DNA of 9,856 bases from a virus. Taxonomy: Duplodnaviria > Heunggongvirae > Uroviricota > Caudoviricetes. The stretch lies in IMG/VR virus record IMGVR_UViG_2695420526_000009; one strand, given 5' to 3'. Under the pieces are notes generated by a model. That model was not told the origin of the DNA. It saw only the letters and a program-made list of their open reading frames with translations, and made no database searches. Below are positions 1 to 7,508 of the stretch, piece by piece; within the stretch, counting starts at the first letter, position 1, and each line of letters begins with the position of its first letter. A program made the translations under genes and the position numbers.

Positions 1-183
1 TACACTAAATCAGTAAGTTGGCAGCATCACCCCGCCACAGAACAATTATTGCTTTTGCCGTTGATGACAATAAAGTTTTTATCGCAGGCGTATACCACGG
101 TGGGCAAATCTATGAAACCGATTTTTTATCCAGTGCACCGTAAAACCCCCATCCTTCAGGGCGTGGCGGATATCAAACTTTGG

Positions 184-1266
184 TCATTTTCTCTGGCTGA
201 TCTTTACCGGATAACCATCCCGAAGATCAATTAAGTGCTCCGGTTCAGAAGCAAACCATGCATAAGATCCCCACGCCAATTCTGGTATTGCCTTTTTAAA
301 AGGCAGAGCACTTCTGTCCATAAATGCCGTAAGGAATGCAAGATTTTTCTCGCTGAACCCAGCGTCAATAGCCAAATGAGTGAGAGTAACTTTTCGTTCC
401 CTGTTTATAGGCCCATCTGTCGCAACTACTTCAGTGAAAACTACAAGCATGTCCGAACCCGTTCGGTCCTCTCCCAAATCAATCAAAATAATATCTGGAA
501 GTGCTTTTGAGGCATCAATATTCAGCCCCAATGCTTTTGCCAATACATCATCCTGAGCAACAACTTTATTCCCGGATTCAGACAACCAGAGCACAGTTGG
601 ATTCTTAAGAAAATTAGGAGCAAAAACTTCGATGACGGCCTTAGCTATTGTACTTGACGGGCCCGGAGCTAAAGTTCTCTTCTCTCCATTTGGGAAAGTG
701 ACGACTACGGCATCAGCAGCAATCACTGCCCCTGATTTCAATAAACGCAACCTAGCAAGAGCGGCTTTGTTCAAATGATTTTCTTGCCAGGAACTTATTG
801 CACTCAGCAGCGAATCTCCTTCAAGCCCGGCATCAAAGAGTGCTGCAAAAGAGCGATTCAAACTGTAACGAGGACGAGAGGATGTGGTGGGTATACCTTT
901 ACGCTCAACAATTGCATTGCAAGGTATTAGGCCATTTTTTATAGTTTCATCACGTATTGGCTCACGCGTATTTTCCGCATACCATGCATCAGCAGGCCTT
1001 ATCTTTTGTTTAGAGAAAGTCATCTTTACCCAGCTTTCTCTGGACGCATCATCAGTAAGAGCAGCCTGCGAATCTCCCATACTTACAACCTGGCTGGGCC
1101 TTATCCATCGCCCCAGCCCCTCAACCGCACCAGCATAAAACATGACAAAAATTGTTTTTGCAGCTATTTCCCGAATTAAATATCCACGATTCTCAGTCCC
1201 TTCAGGGAAAATTAATTGTAATCTTTCCCGGATAACATTCAATGGGGGAACAACAGGCAGATTCAT
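184..1266 (-). CDS. Putative Type II restriction endonuclease (BsuBI/PstI-like), 360 aa
   Basis: Uninterrupted 360-aa ORF. Its ATG (1266) overlaps the stop of the upstream methyltransferase in an ATGA junction (1263-1266), indicating translational coupling. Position immediately downstream of an N6-adenine MTase fits an M-R operon. BsuBI/PstI family assignment is from recalled similarity of the N-terminal region, not a search; no PD-(D/E)xK motif was positively identified by eye. Confidence 0.55.
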   Translation of the reverse strand: MNLPVVPPLNVIRERLQLIFPEGTENRGYLIREIAAKTIFVMFYAGAVEGLGRWIRPSQVVSMGDSQAALTDDASRESWVKMTFSKQKIRPADAWYAENTREPIRDETIKNGLIPCNAIVERKGIPTTSSRPRYSLNRSFAALFDAGLEGDSLLSAISSWQENHLNKAALARLRLLKSGAVIAADAVVVTFPNGEKRTLAPGPSSTIAKAVIEVFAPNFLKNPTVLWLSESGNKVVAQDDVLAKALGLNIDASKALPDIILIDLGEDRTGSDMLVVFTEVVATDGPINRERKVTLTHLAIDAGFSEKNLAFLTAFMDRSALPFKKAIPELAWGSYAWFASEPEHLIDLRDGYPVKISQRK

Positions 1267-3095
1267 GCAATCATCACTCCATAGAAACCAGCGATAGTTC
1301 TCTCAATAATCCGTCTGTGGACGCCAGCATCAATTAACGATTGAATCTCCATCACCTGCTCCAGAGAAGGCAACGGGATTGAATTCAATTCATAGGCCGA
1401 AACAGCAACACTTCCGCTTATACACCTGAACGCCCGATCGACAACATGCGAATTAAGTAGCATATCAATAACATCAGGGCGAACCGCAGAGAACAATCCG
1501 TTTGAATATACAATATTAATATGGTTTTCAACTACTACGCCACCAGTTTCATCTATAAATCCCTGAGGTAAAATTGCCGCTAAAATCCTTCTGTCCTGTT
1601 CCTTCGATGTTGTCCGCTGAACAAGCACACATTCAGATTTTGTCACAAGGAAACCCTGTTGTGGGGTTATATCGATATAGGGAACATGATTTTTTCTGTC
1701 TGCACTAAAACGAAAACCAGCTGAAGTTATTGATTCCGCCCAGACTAATGGGTAGCTATTTTTTCCTTTCGTCGTACGCAACTGCGACTTAAATCGATTC
1801 CAGACTAACTGACCTGTAGAGACTGAGTATCCCAGATCAGCTAAACGCGTAGACATCTGTTTTAATACATTAAGAAAACAGGCATCATCTTTAACGCGTG
1901 GCAAAAGCCACGTTGCTCCACCTTTTTCTATATCAACATTACCTATTTTCTCAATTTTTGCTTTGTTCAACCCCTTAGGGACAAGTGAGGATACCTGGGC
2001 CCGAACTTTATGTTCTCCCGCCTTGAATGCTGTCAACATTGTTTCCTGGAGAACATCGTCAAAGACCCCATCCCTGTCAGTGACGAAATCAAGGGCATAC
2101 GGAGTAGTTTTTTCGGTCAAAAGGGTTCGCAGCGCGGTGAAATACTGCCCACCAAGAAAAGAAGTTGGCGTAAGAAATGCAATAACTCCTGTTTTCTCTT
2201 TAACCATGCGAACAGCTAAGTCGGTGAACAATCCATATAGATTTGCATGACCAAATAACGAACGAGAATATTTTTCTCTCGTTTTAATATCGAGAGTGAC
2301 ACGTCCGTAAGGCGGATTCCCTACCACAAGATCATAACCAGAAAATTTATCTTGCTGAAGCGCATCAGCAACAATAATTGTATCTTCAGGCAATCTACGT
2401 TTTACCTTTACACATAGTGGCATTAGTACAGATTCGAGCAATACCAAACTCATCCAAGCCGCAAATGGATCGATCTCTATCCCCTTTAAACGACGACTGA
2501 TTCTCCTCAACATCCATTCAGGGGAAGACCCCTTGTCTTTTTTTAACATTCGAATGGCTACTGGTGCCAAAAATGCACCGCCACCACACGCAGGATCAAT
2601 AACCGATGCATGAGAAAAATCAACACCAGACTTTTCAGCCAGGTCCAAGAGACGCGCTACCAAAGGTGGGGGGGTATAGTAAGCCCCCAATTCCGAACGG
2701 TAAGCGGATGGCAGCATTACCGTATAAATTGACCCAATCAGATATCCAGCGTCCTCCGCCGGAAATTGAGCAATAAGCTCACCTGTTCGTTCAGCGAGCT
2801 CGCGTGCATCACATGGAATGTCTTCTATGTAAACAGTGTGCGGTACTGCCCTCATTTTAATGCTGCTTTTTTGCTTTTTTGCAAGGGTATCCCAATATGC
2901 AGCTACGATGCTGAAGCAGTATGAGCGGGCATGCATCAACCTTGACTGCCCGGTTTTGTAATTGCCCGCATAACCTTTGGCCATGGCTTTACAAGTTTGA
3001 TATCTTTCCAGATTAGAAAACTCATTATCTGTAAAAAAATCAAAATGTTGCACATTCATAATGTAAAATCCTAATGTATCAAACATGCGGGCCAT
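1263..3095 (-). CDS. N6-adenine DNA methyltransferase, gamma class (Eco57I/PstI-like amino-MTase), 610 aa
   Basis: Translation contains GAYYTP (aa ~137-142), SAM-binding motif I VIDPACGGGAFL (aa 165-176, nt 2577-2597 verified by back-translation) and catalytic motif IV VVGNPPYGR (aa 257-265, NPPY at nt 2307-2318 verified). Motif I preceding motif IV is the gamma-class order. Start is ambiguous: ATG 3095 has no clear SD; an in-frame ATG 12 codons downstream (MNVQ...) has AGGA 9 nt upstream. Confidence 0.85.
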   Translation of the reverse strand: MARMFDTLGFYIMNVQHFDFFTDNEFSNLERYQTCKAMAKGYAGNYKTGQSRLMHARSYCFSIVAAYWDTLAKKQKSSIKMRAVPHTVYIEDIPCDARELAERTGELIAQFPAEDAGYLIGSIYTVMLPSAYRSELGAYYTPPPLVARLLDLAEKSGVDFSHASVIDPACGGGAFLAPVAIRMLKKDKGSSPEWMLRRISRRLKGIEIDPFAAWMSLVLLESVLMPLCVKVKRRLPEDTIIVADALQQDKFSGYDLVVGNPPYGRVTLDIKTREKYSRSLFGHANLYGLFTDLAVRMVKEKTGVIAFLTPTSFLGGQYFTALRTLLTEKTTPYALDFVTDRDGVFDDVLQETMLTAFKAGEHKVRAQVSSLVPKGLNKAKIEKIGNVDIEKGGATWLLPRVKDDACFLNVLKQMSTRLADLGYSVSTGQLVWNRFKSQLRTTKGKNSYPLVWAESITSAGFRFSADRKNHVPYIDITPQQGFLVTKSECVLVQRTTSKEQDRRILAAILPQGFIDETGGVVVENHINIVYSNGLFSAVRPDVIDMLLNSHVVDRAFRCISGSVAVSAYELNSIPLPSLEQVMEIQSLIDAGVHRRIIERTIAGFYGVMIA

Positions 3096-3154
3096 AACAT
3101 CTCATGGTGGCGCATAGCAAACTGGCCCGAAGAATATCACGCACCAAGTCGATC

Positions 3155-3170
3155 TCATAACCCGTTATGA
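3155..3170. promoter_or_regulatory. Perfect inverted repeat TCATAAC-CC-GTTATGA upstream of the methyltransferase start
   Basis: 7-bp perfect arms with a 2-bp centre, about 60-75 bp upstream (minus-strand sense) of the M gene start within the 3096-3309 intergenic region. Candidate operator or promoter-associated site; no binding protein identified. Confidence 0.3.
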
Positions 3171-3309
3171 CAATAAATCTTTGTAGCTGAACTCACTTGG
3201 TGATTTGTCAATCATTCCTGGCCTCCAGTTCGTCCTGAATCTCTTTATCGAGTTCACCGTATTTGTTAGTCCTCATCACTCACGACTTGACTTCCAGAAA
3301 TAACCTTGA

Positions 3310-3666
3310 TTATTCGGGGCTATATTTTGTCACCCTGCGTATCCGCGCTTTCGCATTACGCTCAATCTGGATTAGCTTTTCTATATTTTTTCGCCTTTCC
3401 CGCTCCTCCTGGCGCAAGAGCCTTACATCATCTGCCAGTCTGGTTTCTCTTTTCGCCACAGAGAGCATCCAGTCAAATGGCTCCACAACTGCACCGCAAA
3501 TTTTACAGCGGACCTGACGCTCTTTTTCGTCAACCCGTACAGAGGCGTGATGGCAATATGGTCTTTCCGATGGCTCATAAAGAAAATTAACCTGATTACG
3601 AGGGTTATCCTCTTTTACCGGAAATAAAACAATATTGCTTAACTCATCTTCTGGTTTTATTTCCAT
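3310..3666 (-). CDS. Hypothetical Cys/His-containing protein, 118 aa
   Basis: ATG at 3666 preceded by strong SD AAGGAGAGGAGC. Contains C-H-H ... C-x2-C cluster (RPYCHHASV...RCKICGAV) and a basic, coiled-coil-like C-terminus (RLLRQEERERRKNIEKLIQIERNAKARIRR). The longer ORF from the track (to 3723) is rejected because the SD sits just before the internal ATG. Confidence 0.6.
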   Translation of the reverse strand: MEIKPEDELSNIVLFPVKEDNPRNQVNFLYEPSERPYCHHASVRVDEKERQVRCKICGAVVEPFDWMLSVAKRETRLADDVRLLRQEERERRKNIEKLIQIERNAKARIRRVTKYSPE

Positions 3667-3723
3667 GCTCCTCTCCTTTGATGCGAATGCCAGCGGTAAT
3701 TGAAGCCTGATAGCTAATTTCAC

Positions 3724-4113
3724 TCACAGTACCGCCTCCTGAAAATCACCCTGATAGAAAGCCGGTACACGCTGCATAACTTCACTCTTCCGGCACTCGC
3801 GACAGATTATGTTCTGATGTCTGTCGTAGCGGCGTATTTCTCCGTCCGGTAATGACCAGATAAGGTCCGGATCAACCACAGATGGTTTCTTCAGCTTTGC
3901 CCTCGAGAGTTTTTTGCGGGCGTTTTGCCAGTCCTTACGCGCCTGTTCAGACGGGAATAACCCGTAACCAGAGTTGTATACATCGCCACTGGCAACCAGC
4001 TCTCTGGCGAGAACACTCATCAGATATCTTGTCGCACCTGTCTTGGCTTCCAGTTGCCGCAACGTCTCGCGACCGCTCAGACGTACAAGTTCAACAACCT
4101 GCCCTTTAATTTT
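3724..4113 (-). pseudogene. 5'-truncated copy of a phage gene (paralog of 4249-4431), N-terminus replaced by an IS end
   Basis: Reading frame is open from the IS boundary (4113) to the stop at 3724; it encodes ...KIKGQVVELVRLSGRETLRQLEAKTGATRYLMSVLARELVASGDVYNSGY..., matching the N-terminal region of the gene at 4249-4431 but lacking its first ~11 codons, which are replaced by IS sequence. Confidence 0.6.
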
Positions 4114-4238
4114 TGAGGTAGCCTGAGTTTAACGGACACTCCTTCCTGAAATAGAATGGCATCAGAAGGAGCTAATAATGAGCAGAAAAACCCAACGTTA
4201 CTCTAAAGAGTTCAAAGCCGAAGCTGTCAGAACGGTTC
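4114..4238 (+). mobile_element. IS3-family insertion sequence left end (IS600-like), truncated by the scaffold gap
   Basis: Begins with TG (TGAGGTAGCCTGAGTTTAACGGACAC...), followed by an SD (AAGGAG) and ATG at 4178 opening orfA (MSRKTQRYSKEFKAEAVRTV...), which I recall as the IS600 OrfA N-terminus. The element stops at the N-run, typical of assembly collapse at a repeat. Confidence 0.75.
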
Positions 4239-4248
4239 NNNNNNNNNN
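4239..4248. other. Assembly/scaffold gap (10 N)
   Basis: Ten consecutive n characters in the sequence. Confidence 1.
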
Positions 4249-4431
4249 GTAGCCAGAGTTGTATACATCCCCACTGGCAACCAGCTCTCTGGCGAGAACG
4301 CTTATTAAATATCTTGTCGCCCCGGTTTTAGCTTCCAGTTGTCGTAACGTCTCGCGCCCACTCTGGCGTACGAGTTCAACAACCTGCCCCTTAATTTTTT
4401 CCCGCTCTTCCTGTGTAAATACTTTTGCCAT
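4249..4431 (-). CDS. Hypothetical phage protein, N-terminal 61 codons (partial; 3' end lost at gap)
   Basis: ATG at 4431 (MAKVFTQEEREKIKGQVVELVRQSGRETLRQLEAKTGATRYLISVLARELVASGDVYNSGY), GGGGG SD-like stretch upstream, 15 nt after the stop of the preceding gene. The track ORF 4198-4446 reads through the N-run and IS and is an artefact. Confidence 0.6.
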
Positions 4432-4446
4432 AAGCGCCCCCGGCAA

Positions 4447-5172
4447 TCACTTTTCCGACACAATACGACCGGAGGAATCGACAATCTGTCGAACAATATC
4501 CCGGTGCTTGTTCAGCTCCCGCAACGCGGCGCAGACACGCTCCCACTTCTGGACATGACTTTTCGCCCGACGCAGTTCGCGGTTTGCCATATGCAGCGAT
4601 GGTAAAACCAGGTCATCCGCTTGCGTTTCGGTGAACGATGGCAACGACTGCACAATGTCCGCCACAGTTTCTGTTTTAATTTCTTCCTGTGTTGCAGCTT
4701 CCTGTACCGGTAACGCAACACCTGCTGGCTGAGGAAAGACTTTACCATCCGTTTCCGCTATGGATGCGGCTTTCGGCTCTGCCGGTAAATCAGCGCCCGG
4801 TATGCAGTACCGAAATTTACCGCCCTGATTCACGCGAATCAGACGCCCTTTGCTGATTGCCATGGCCAGCGATGAATTCGCCCGGCGGGAGGTAATCCCG
4901 AACATCAGTGCCAGCTCATCCGCCGTTTGTGGGCCATGTTGTTCAATCGCCTCAGTCAGCATTTGCGCTGTCACTTTCGGTACCGGTGACACTGGTTCAC
5001 TTTCACCAGCCTGAATCAGCCACCACATCGAACCCTTGTTATCCGCTTCACCACGGCGCTTCAGTTTCCACAGTTCGTTGACCGCATCTTCACGGCTGAT
5101 TCCAAGGCGGGACGCCACCACATGTGAAGAGGCTCTTTTCAGTGCTTTCAGTGCGTCAAATACAGTTTCCAT
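4447..5172 (-). CDS. Hypothetical phage protein, 241 aa
   Basis: ATG at 5172 ([13 protein letters not shown]...) preceded by GGAGGATG SD; the track's longer start at 5190 is a TTG. Lies directly downstream of the DnaC-like gene in the same operon. No recognisable motif by eye. Confidence 0.7.
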   Translation of the reverse strand: METVFDALKALKRASSHVVASRLGISREDAVNELWKLKRRGEADNKGSMWWLIQAGESEPVSPVPKVTAQMLTEAIEQHGPQTADELALMFGITSRRANSSLAMAISKGRLIRVNQGGKFRYCIPGADLPAEPKAASIAETDGKVFPQPAGVALPVQEAATQEEIKTETVADIVQSLPSFTETQADDLVLPSLHMANRELRRAKSHVQKWERVCAALRELNKHRDIVRQIVDSSGRIVSEK

Positions 5173-5193
5173 TAAAACATCCTCCAACAAAAA

Positions 5194-5940
5194 TTACTTC
5201 ACAACTCCCGGAAAGCTGACATTTGAACGCCAGCTATCCCAGTTAAACGTCACCCACCGACAACCGTTCATGGTCATGCGGTCCATAATCCTCTCACCAA
5301 GAAGCGTGCTCATTGCGGCATGATTCAGGTTTGTTAACATCCCGACACTGCACAGTGATGCTGTCCGGCGATCAATTATCTGGTGCAATACCACCTGCTC
5401 GTTTTTCGTCTCCCGCTGAATGCCTATTTCATCCAGGACCAGCAAATCAACCCCGCAAAGCTCCTGTAAAAATTTTTCACCGGATTTGCCGTTGTCGTAG
5501 CTGTCATGCAACACGCTCATGACATCAGACTCGGTGACGATAATCACGCTGCGCCCCTTCGCCATCAGCCGGTTACCCATCGCCGCTGCAAGGTGATTTT
5601 TCCCGGTGCCGGTTTTACCGCTGAACACAAAATTCGTGCACCCGGTCATCAGTTCGTCAGCTATGGATTTGGCCTGGCTCAGCGCGTATTTTTGCCCGTC
5701 GTTCTGCACCTGATAATTCGCAAACGAGCATTTGCTGTGCAGAGGCTGGATGCCCGAACGATTCAGGATTTTTTCCACCCGCAACTGGCGATTCTGGCGG
5801 TTAATCTCCTCGCTGCGTTTTCGTCCTTCAGCAAGTTGCCATTCCCGCCACTCCTCCACCGTCCGGTACGGTGGAACCGCCCCCTGTGGTGCAAGTCTGT
5901 GAATACGTTCAAGAACCCCGGCTGCCGCAATGTTTTTCAT
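5194..5940 (-). CDS. DnaC-like replicative helicase loader (AAA+ ATPase; Rac YdaV-like), 248 aa
   Basis: Walker A FSGKTGTGKNHLAAAMG and Walker B DLLVLDEIG; near-collinear resemblance to E. coli DnaC as recalled (e.g. RSGI-PLH, FENY/FANY, GERVMDRM/GERIMDRM, FNWDSYRS/FNWDSWRS). Stop of the O-like gene is 6 nt upstream. Confidence 0.9.
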   Translation of the reverse strand: MKNIAAAGVLERIHRLAPQGAVPPYRTVEEWREWQLAEGRKRSEEINRQNRQLRVEKILNRSGIQPLHSKCSFANYQVQNDGQKYALSQAKSIADELMTGCTNFVFSGKTGTGKNHLAAAMGNRLMAKGRSVIIVTESDVMSVLHDSYDNGKSGEKFLQELCGVDLLVLDEIGIQRETKNEQVVLHQIIDRRTASLCSVGMLTNLNHAAMSTLLGERIMDRMTMNGCRWVTFNWDSWRSNVSFPGVVK

Positions 5941-5946
5941 GCCACA

Positions 5947-7011
5947 TCACCCCCTGAATCCCGGCGGAATTTCGGTATCCGGTTCAGAAATATGATTCAC
6001 ACAACGCTGGTTGTTCGTGCCGCTTACCGGGAGCAACCAGGGGTTTTCAAAATTCCGGTCCGGCCCAAAAAACGTCGTCGCTCGCTGAACAAATTCCGTT
6101 CCCGCTTTCCCGGTCGCCGCCAGGTATCTCGCGTAACGCCTCACACCATCCAGCATGGTCTCTGGTGGCACCCCCTCGCGCAATCTGGCCTTCCAGGCAC
6201 TGAATGCGGATTTCTTCGGGTTTGCCCCGGCACGCAACGGGTATTCCCGCCAGACCTGTTCGAACACATCCGGATAATCCACTCGTCCCACAGGCTGCCC
6301 GGTGTTTTCCGGGGCTACCCGATCGGCTTCCCGCTGAATGGCGGAATCGGCTTCAGGCTGCTGCAGTTGGAGTGATTGCTCCGGCCTTGCGGTCATCACC
6401 TGCTGCACAGCGCCCGAATCGGCTTTCAGCGCATACGCTGAATCGGCTTCCGGTGTCGAGCCTGCTGGCTGACCAGGATTGACGGTCTGAACATCCCCTG
6501 CCTGGTTCGTGGCGTTTTTTACGCCATGGACCATAGTGTTTTGATCTTCTTTATCTGTATCTTTATCTGTATCTGTCGTGACTCGTCGTGACATGTGCGT
6601 GACATTTCGTGACGCGCCGTGACAATCGCCATTTTGTTCCCGCTTTCTTTCCCTCTCTCGCTGCGCCCTCTTGCGCTCTGCAGGAGATTTTGCGGTTTGC
6701 GAAATATTGCCGTTGTCCTCTTTAAGCACCTGGCGTTTTTCCCATCCAGTGATTAAATCACCATCAAGTACCCGCCCCTGCATCGTCTGCAAAATTGAAT
6801 CAATTACCTCTTCTGTCACGTCGAGCGCACTTGCCAAATCTTCTGTCGTGACATCAATGTGACCTCGCGTGACATTTCGTGACGCGCTCACCAGGAGGTG
6901 GATATACACTGCCATCACTGTTGCAATTGGCTGCCCTGACACCCTGGCAATTGTTCGCCACTTAGGGTCATTTGGCATGTCATGCCATAATCTGAGCCAG
7001 GCGTTAGCCAT
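5947..7011 (-). CDS. Phage replication initiator, O-like (Rac YdaU-like), 354 aa
   Basis: Position between the YdaT-like gene and the DnaC-like loader. Iteron arrays lie inside the coding sequence, as with lambda O/ori. ATG at 7011 with GAGGTG SD-like sequence upstream; the track start at 7017 is GTG. The central region is low-complexity (TDTDKDTDKED) and encoded by the repeats. Confidence 0.75.
   Translation of the reverse strand: MANAWLRLWHDMPNDPKWRTIARVSGQPIATVMAVYIHLLVSASRNVTRGHIDVTTEDLASALDVTEEVIDSILQTMQGRVLDGDLITGWEKRQVLKEDNGNISQTAKSPAERKRAQRERERKREQNGDCHGASRNVTHMSRRVTTDTDKDTDKEDQNTMVHGVKNATNQAGDVQTVNPGQPAGSTPEADSAYALKADSGAVQQVMTARPEQSLQLQQPEADSAIQREADRVAPENTGQPVGRVDYPDVFEQVWREYPLRAGANPKKSAFSAWKARLREGVPPETMLDGVRRYARYLAATGKAGTEFVQRATTFFGPDRNFENPWLLPVSGTNNQRCVNHISEPDTEIPPGFRG
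6549..6623. repeat. Origin-like region: tandem 12-bp AT-rich repeat (CTTTATCTGTAT x2) followed by five CGTGAC iterons at ~10-bp spacing
   Basis: CTTTATCTGTAT at 6549-6560 and 6561-6572; CGTGAC at 6577, 6587, 6598, 6608 and 6618 (one helical turn apart), all within the O-like gene. Confidence 0.6.
6846..6887. repeat. Second iteron cluster (four (T/C)GTGAC copies), sharing an exact 21-bp block with the first
   Basis: CGTGAC/TGTGAC at 6847, 6858, 6868 and 6878; GCGTGACATTTCGTGACGCGC occurs at both 6597-6617 and 6867-6887. Confidence 0.5.
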
Positions 7012-7082
7012 ACTCACCTCTTCTGATACCGAATCTTTTTACTCACGAGTTGCCGGGAGCGATTCGATATGGCTATTGTCAG

Positions 7083-7508
7083 TCAATGTACTGCCACAGC
7101 ATTTCCTGCCGGGCCACCACGGTTCATCTGATTGAAACCGGCGATTGCCACTGCGACAAAATCATCAGCGTCTCTCACCAGTCGTTCATGCGTCTCCACC
7201 AGTTCCCGAAAATAAGCTGAACTGTGGCTGCGCATTCGAGCCACCAGCGGAGGTGGCATTGCCCTTTCGATCGCAGGTAACAACGCCTGAATTTTTTCAA
7301 CAGCGTCAGGGGTGTCTTTATCCAGCCAACGGAAAATCTTTTGGGTGTTGAGATAAAGCGTGTTGTGCTTGCTGTCGTTATGCAGAACCGGAAACGTCAT
7401 TCCCAGTTCGAAATAAACCCTGGTTATTTCAGCTGCCGGAACTTTTTCACCGTCCGGATGCGCCCAGGCTTTCATCGCCATGCGGATGTGTTCATGCTTG
7501 ATTTTCAT
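7083..7508 (-). CDS. YdaT-like protein (CII-position regulator of Rac-type prophages), 141 aa
   Basis: Immediately downstream of the Cro-like gene with ATGA overlap (7505-7508) and upstream of the O-like gene, the position and size of Rac YdaT. Assignment is by synteny and size, not a search. Confidence 0.65.
   Translation of the reverse strand: MKIKHEHIRMAMKAWAHPDGEKVPAAEITRVYFELGMTFPVLHNDSKHNTLYLNTQKIFRWLDKDTPDAVEKIQALLPAIERAMPPPLVARMRSHSSAYFRELVETHERLVRDADDFVAVAIAGFNQMNRGGPAGNAVAVH

Noticed and set aside
1-234. + strand frame 1 open from the window start (track ORF 49-234)
   Set aside because: Overlaps the 3' end of the endonuclease gene by about 50 nt, has no RBS, and the translation is not protein-like. 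Considered a possible integrase or att remnant but nothing supports it.
3263-3590. + strand ORFs 3263-3517 and 3306-3590
   Set aside because: Antisense to the 3310-3666 gene, which has a strong SD; no RBS of their own.
4198-4446. 82-aa ORF from the track containing XXXX
   Set aside because: Reads through the 10-N gap into IS sequence and starts at a TTG; only 4249-4431 (ATG start) is a credible partial gene.
4305-4748. Minus-strand ORFs 4305-4496 and 4512-4748
   Set aside because: Out-of-frame overlaps of the 4249-4431 and 4447-5172 genes; highly basic, Arg-rich shadow translations.
5036-5522. + strand ORFs 5036-5323 and 5313-5522
   Set aside because: Antisense to the 4447-5172 and DnaC-like genes; no independent support.
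5506-6375. 289-aa ORF on the + strand
   Set aside because: Lies entirely antisense to the DnaC-like and O-like genes, which have clear motifs and proper RBSs. Its translation is Arg/Pro/Gly-rich, typical of a shadow ORF in GC-rich coding DNA.
6549-6572. Tandem 12-bp repeat considered as a possible CRISPR or VNTR
   Set aside because: Only two copies, no spacers, inside a coding region and adjacent to iterons; better explained as the AT-rich part of an origin.
7064-7071. GCTATTGT half-site resembling the operator right arm, between the O-like start and the YdaT-like stop
   Set aside because: A single half-site with no partner arm; too short to distinguish from chance.
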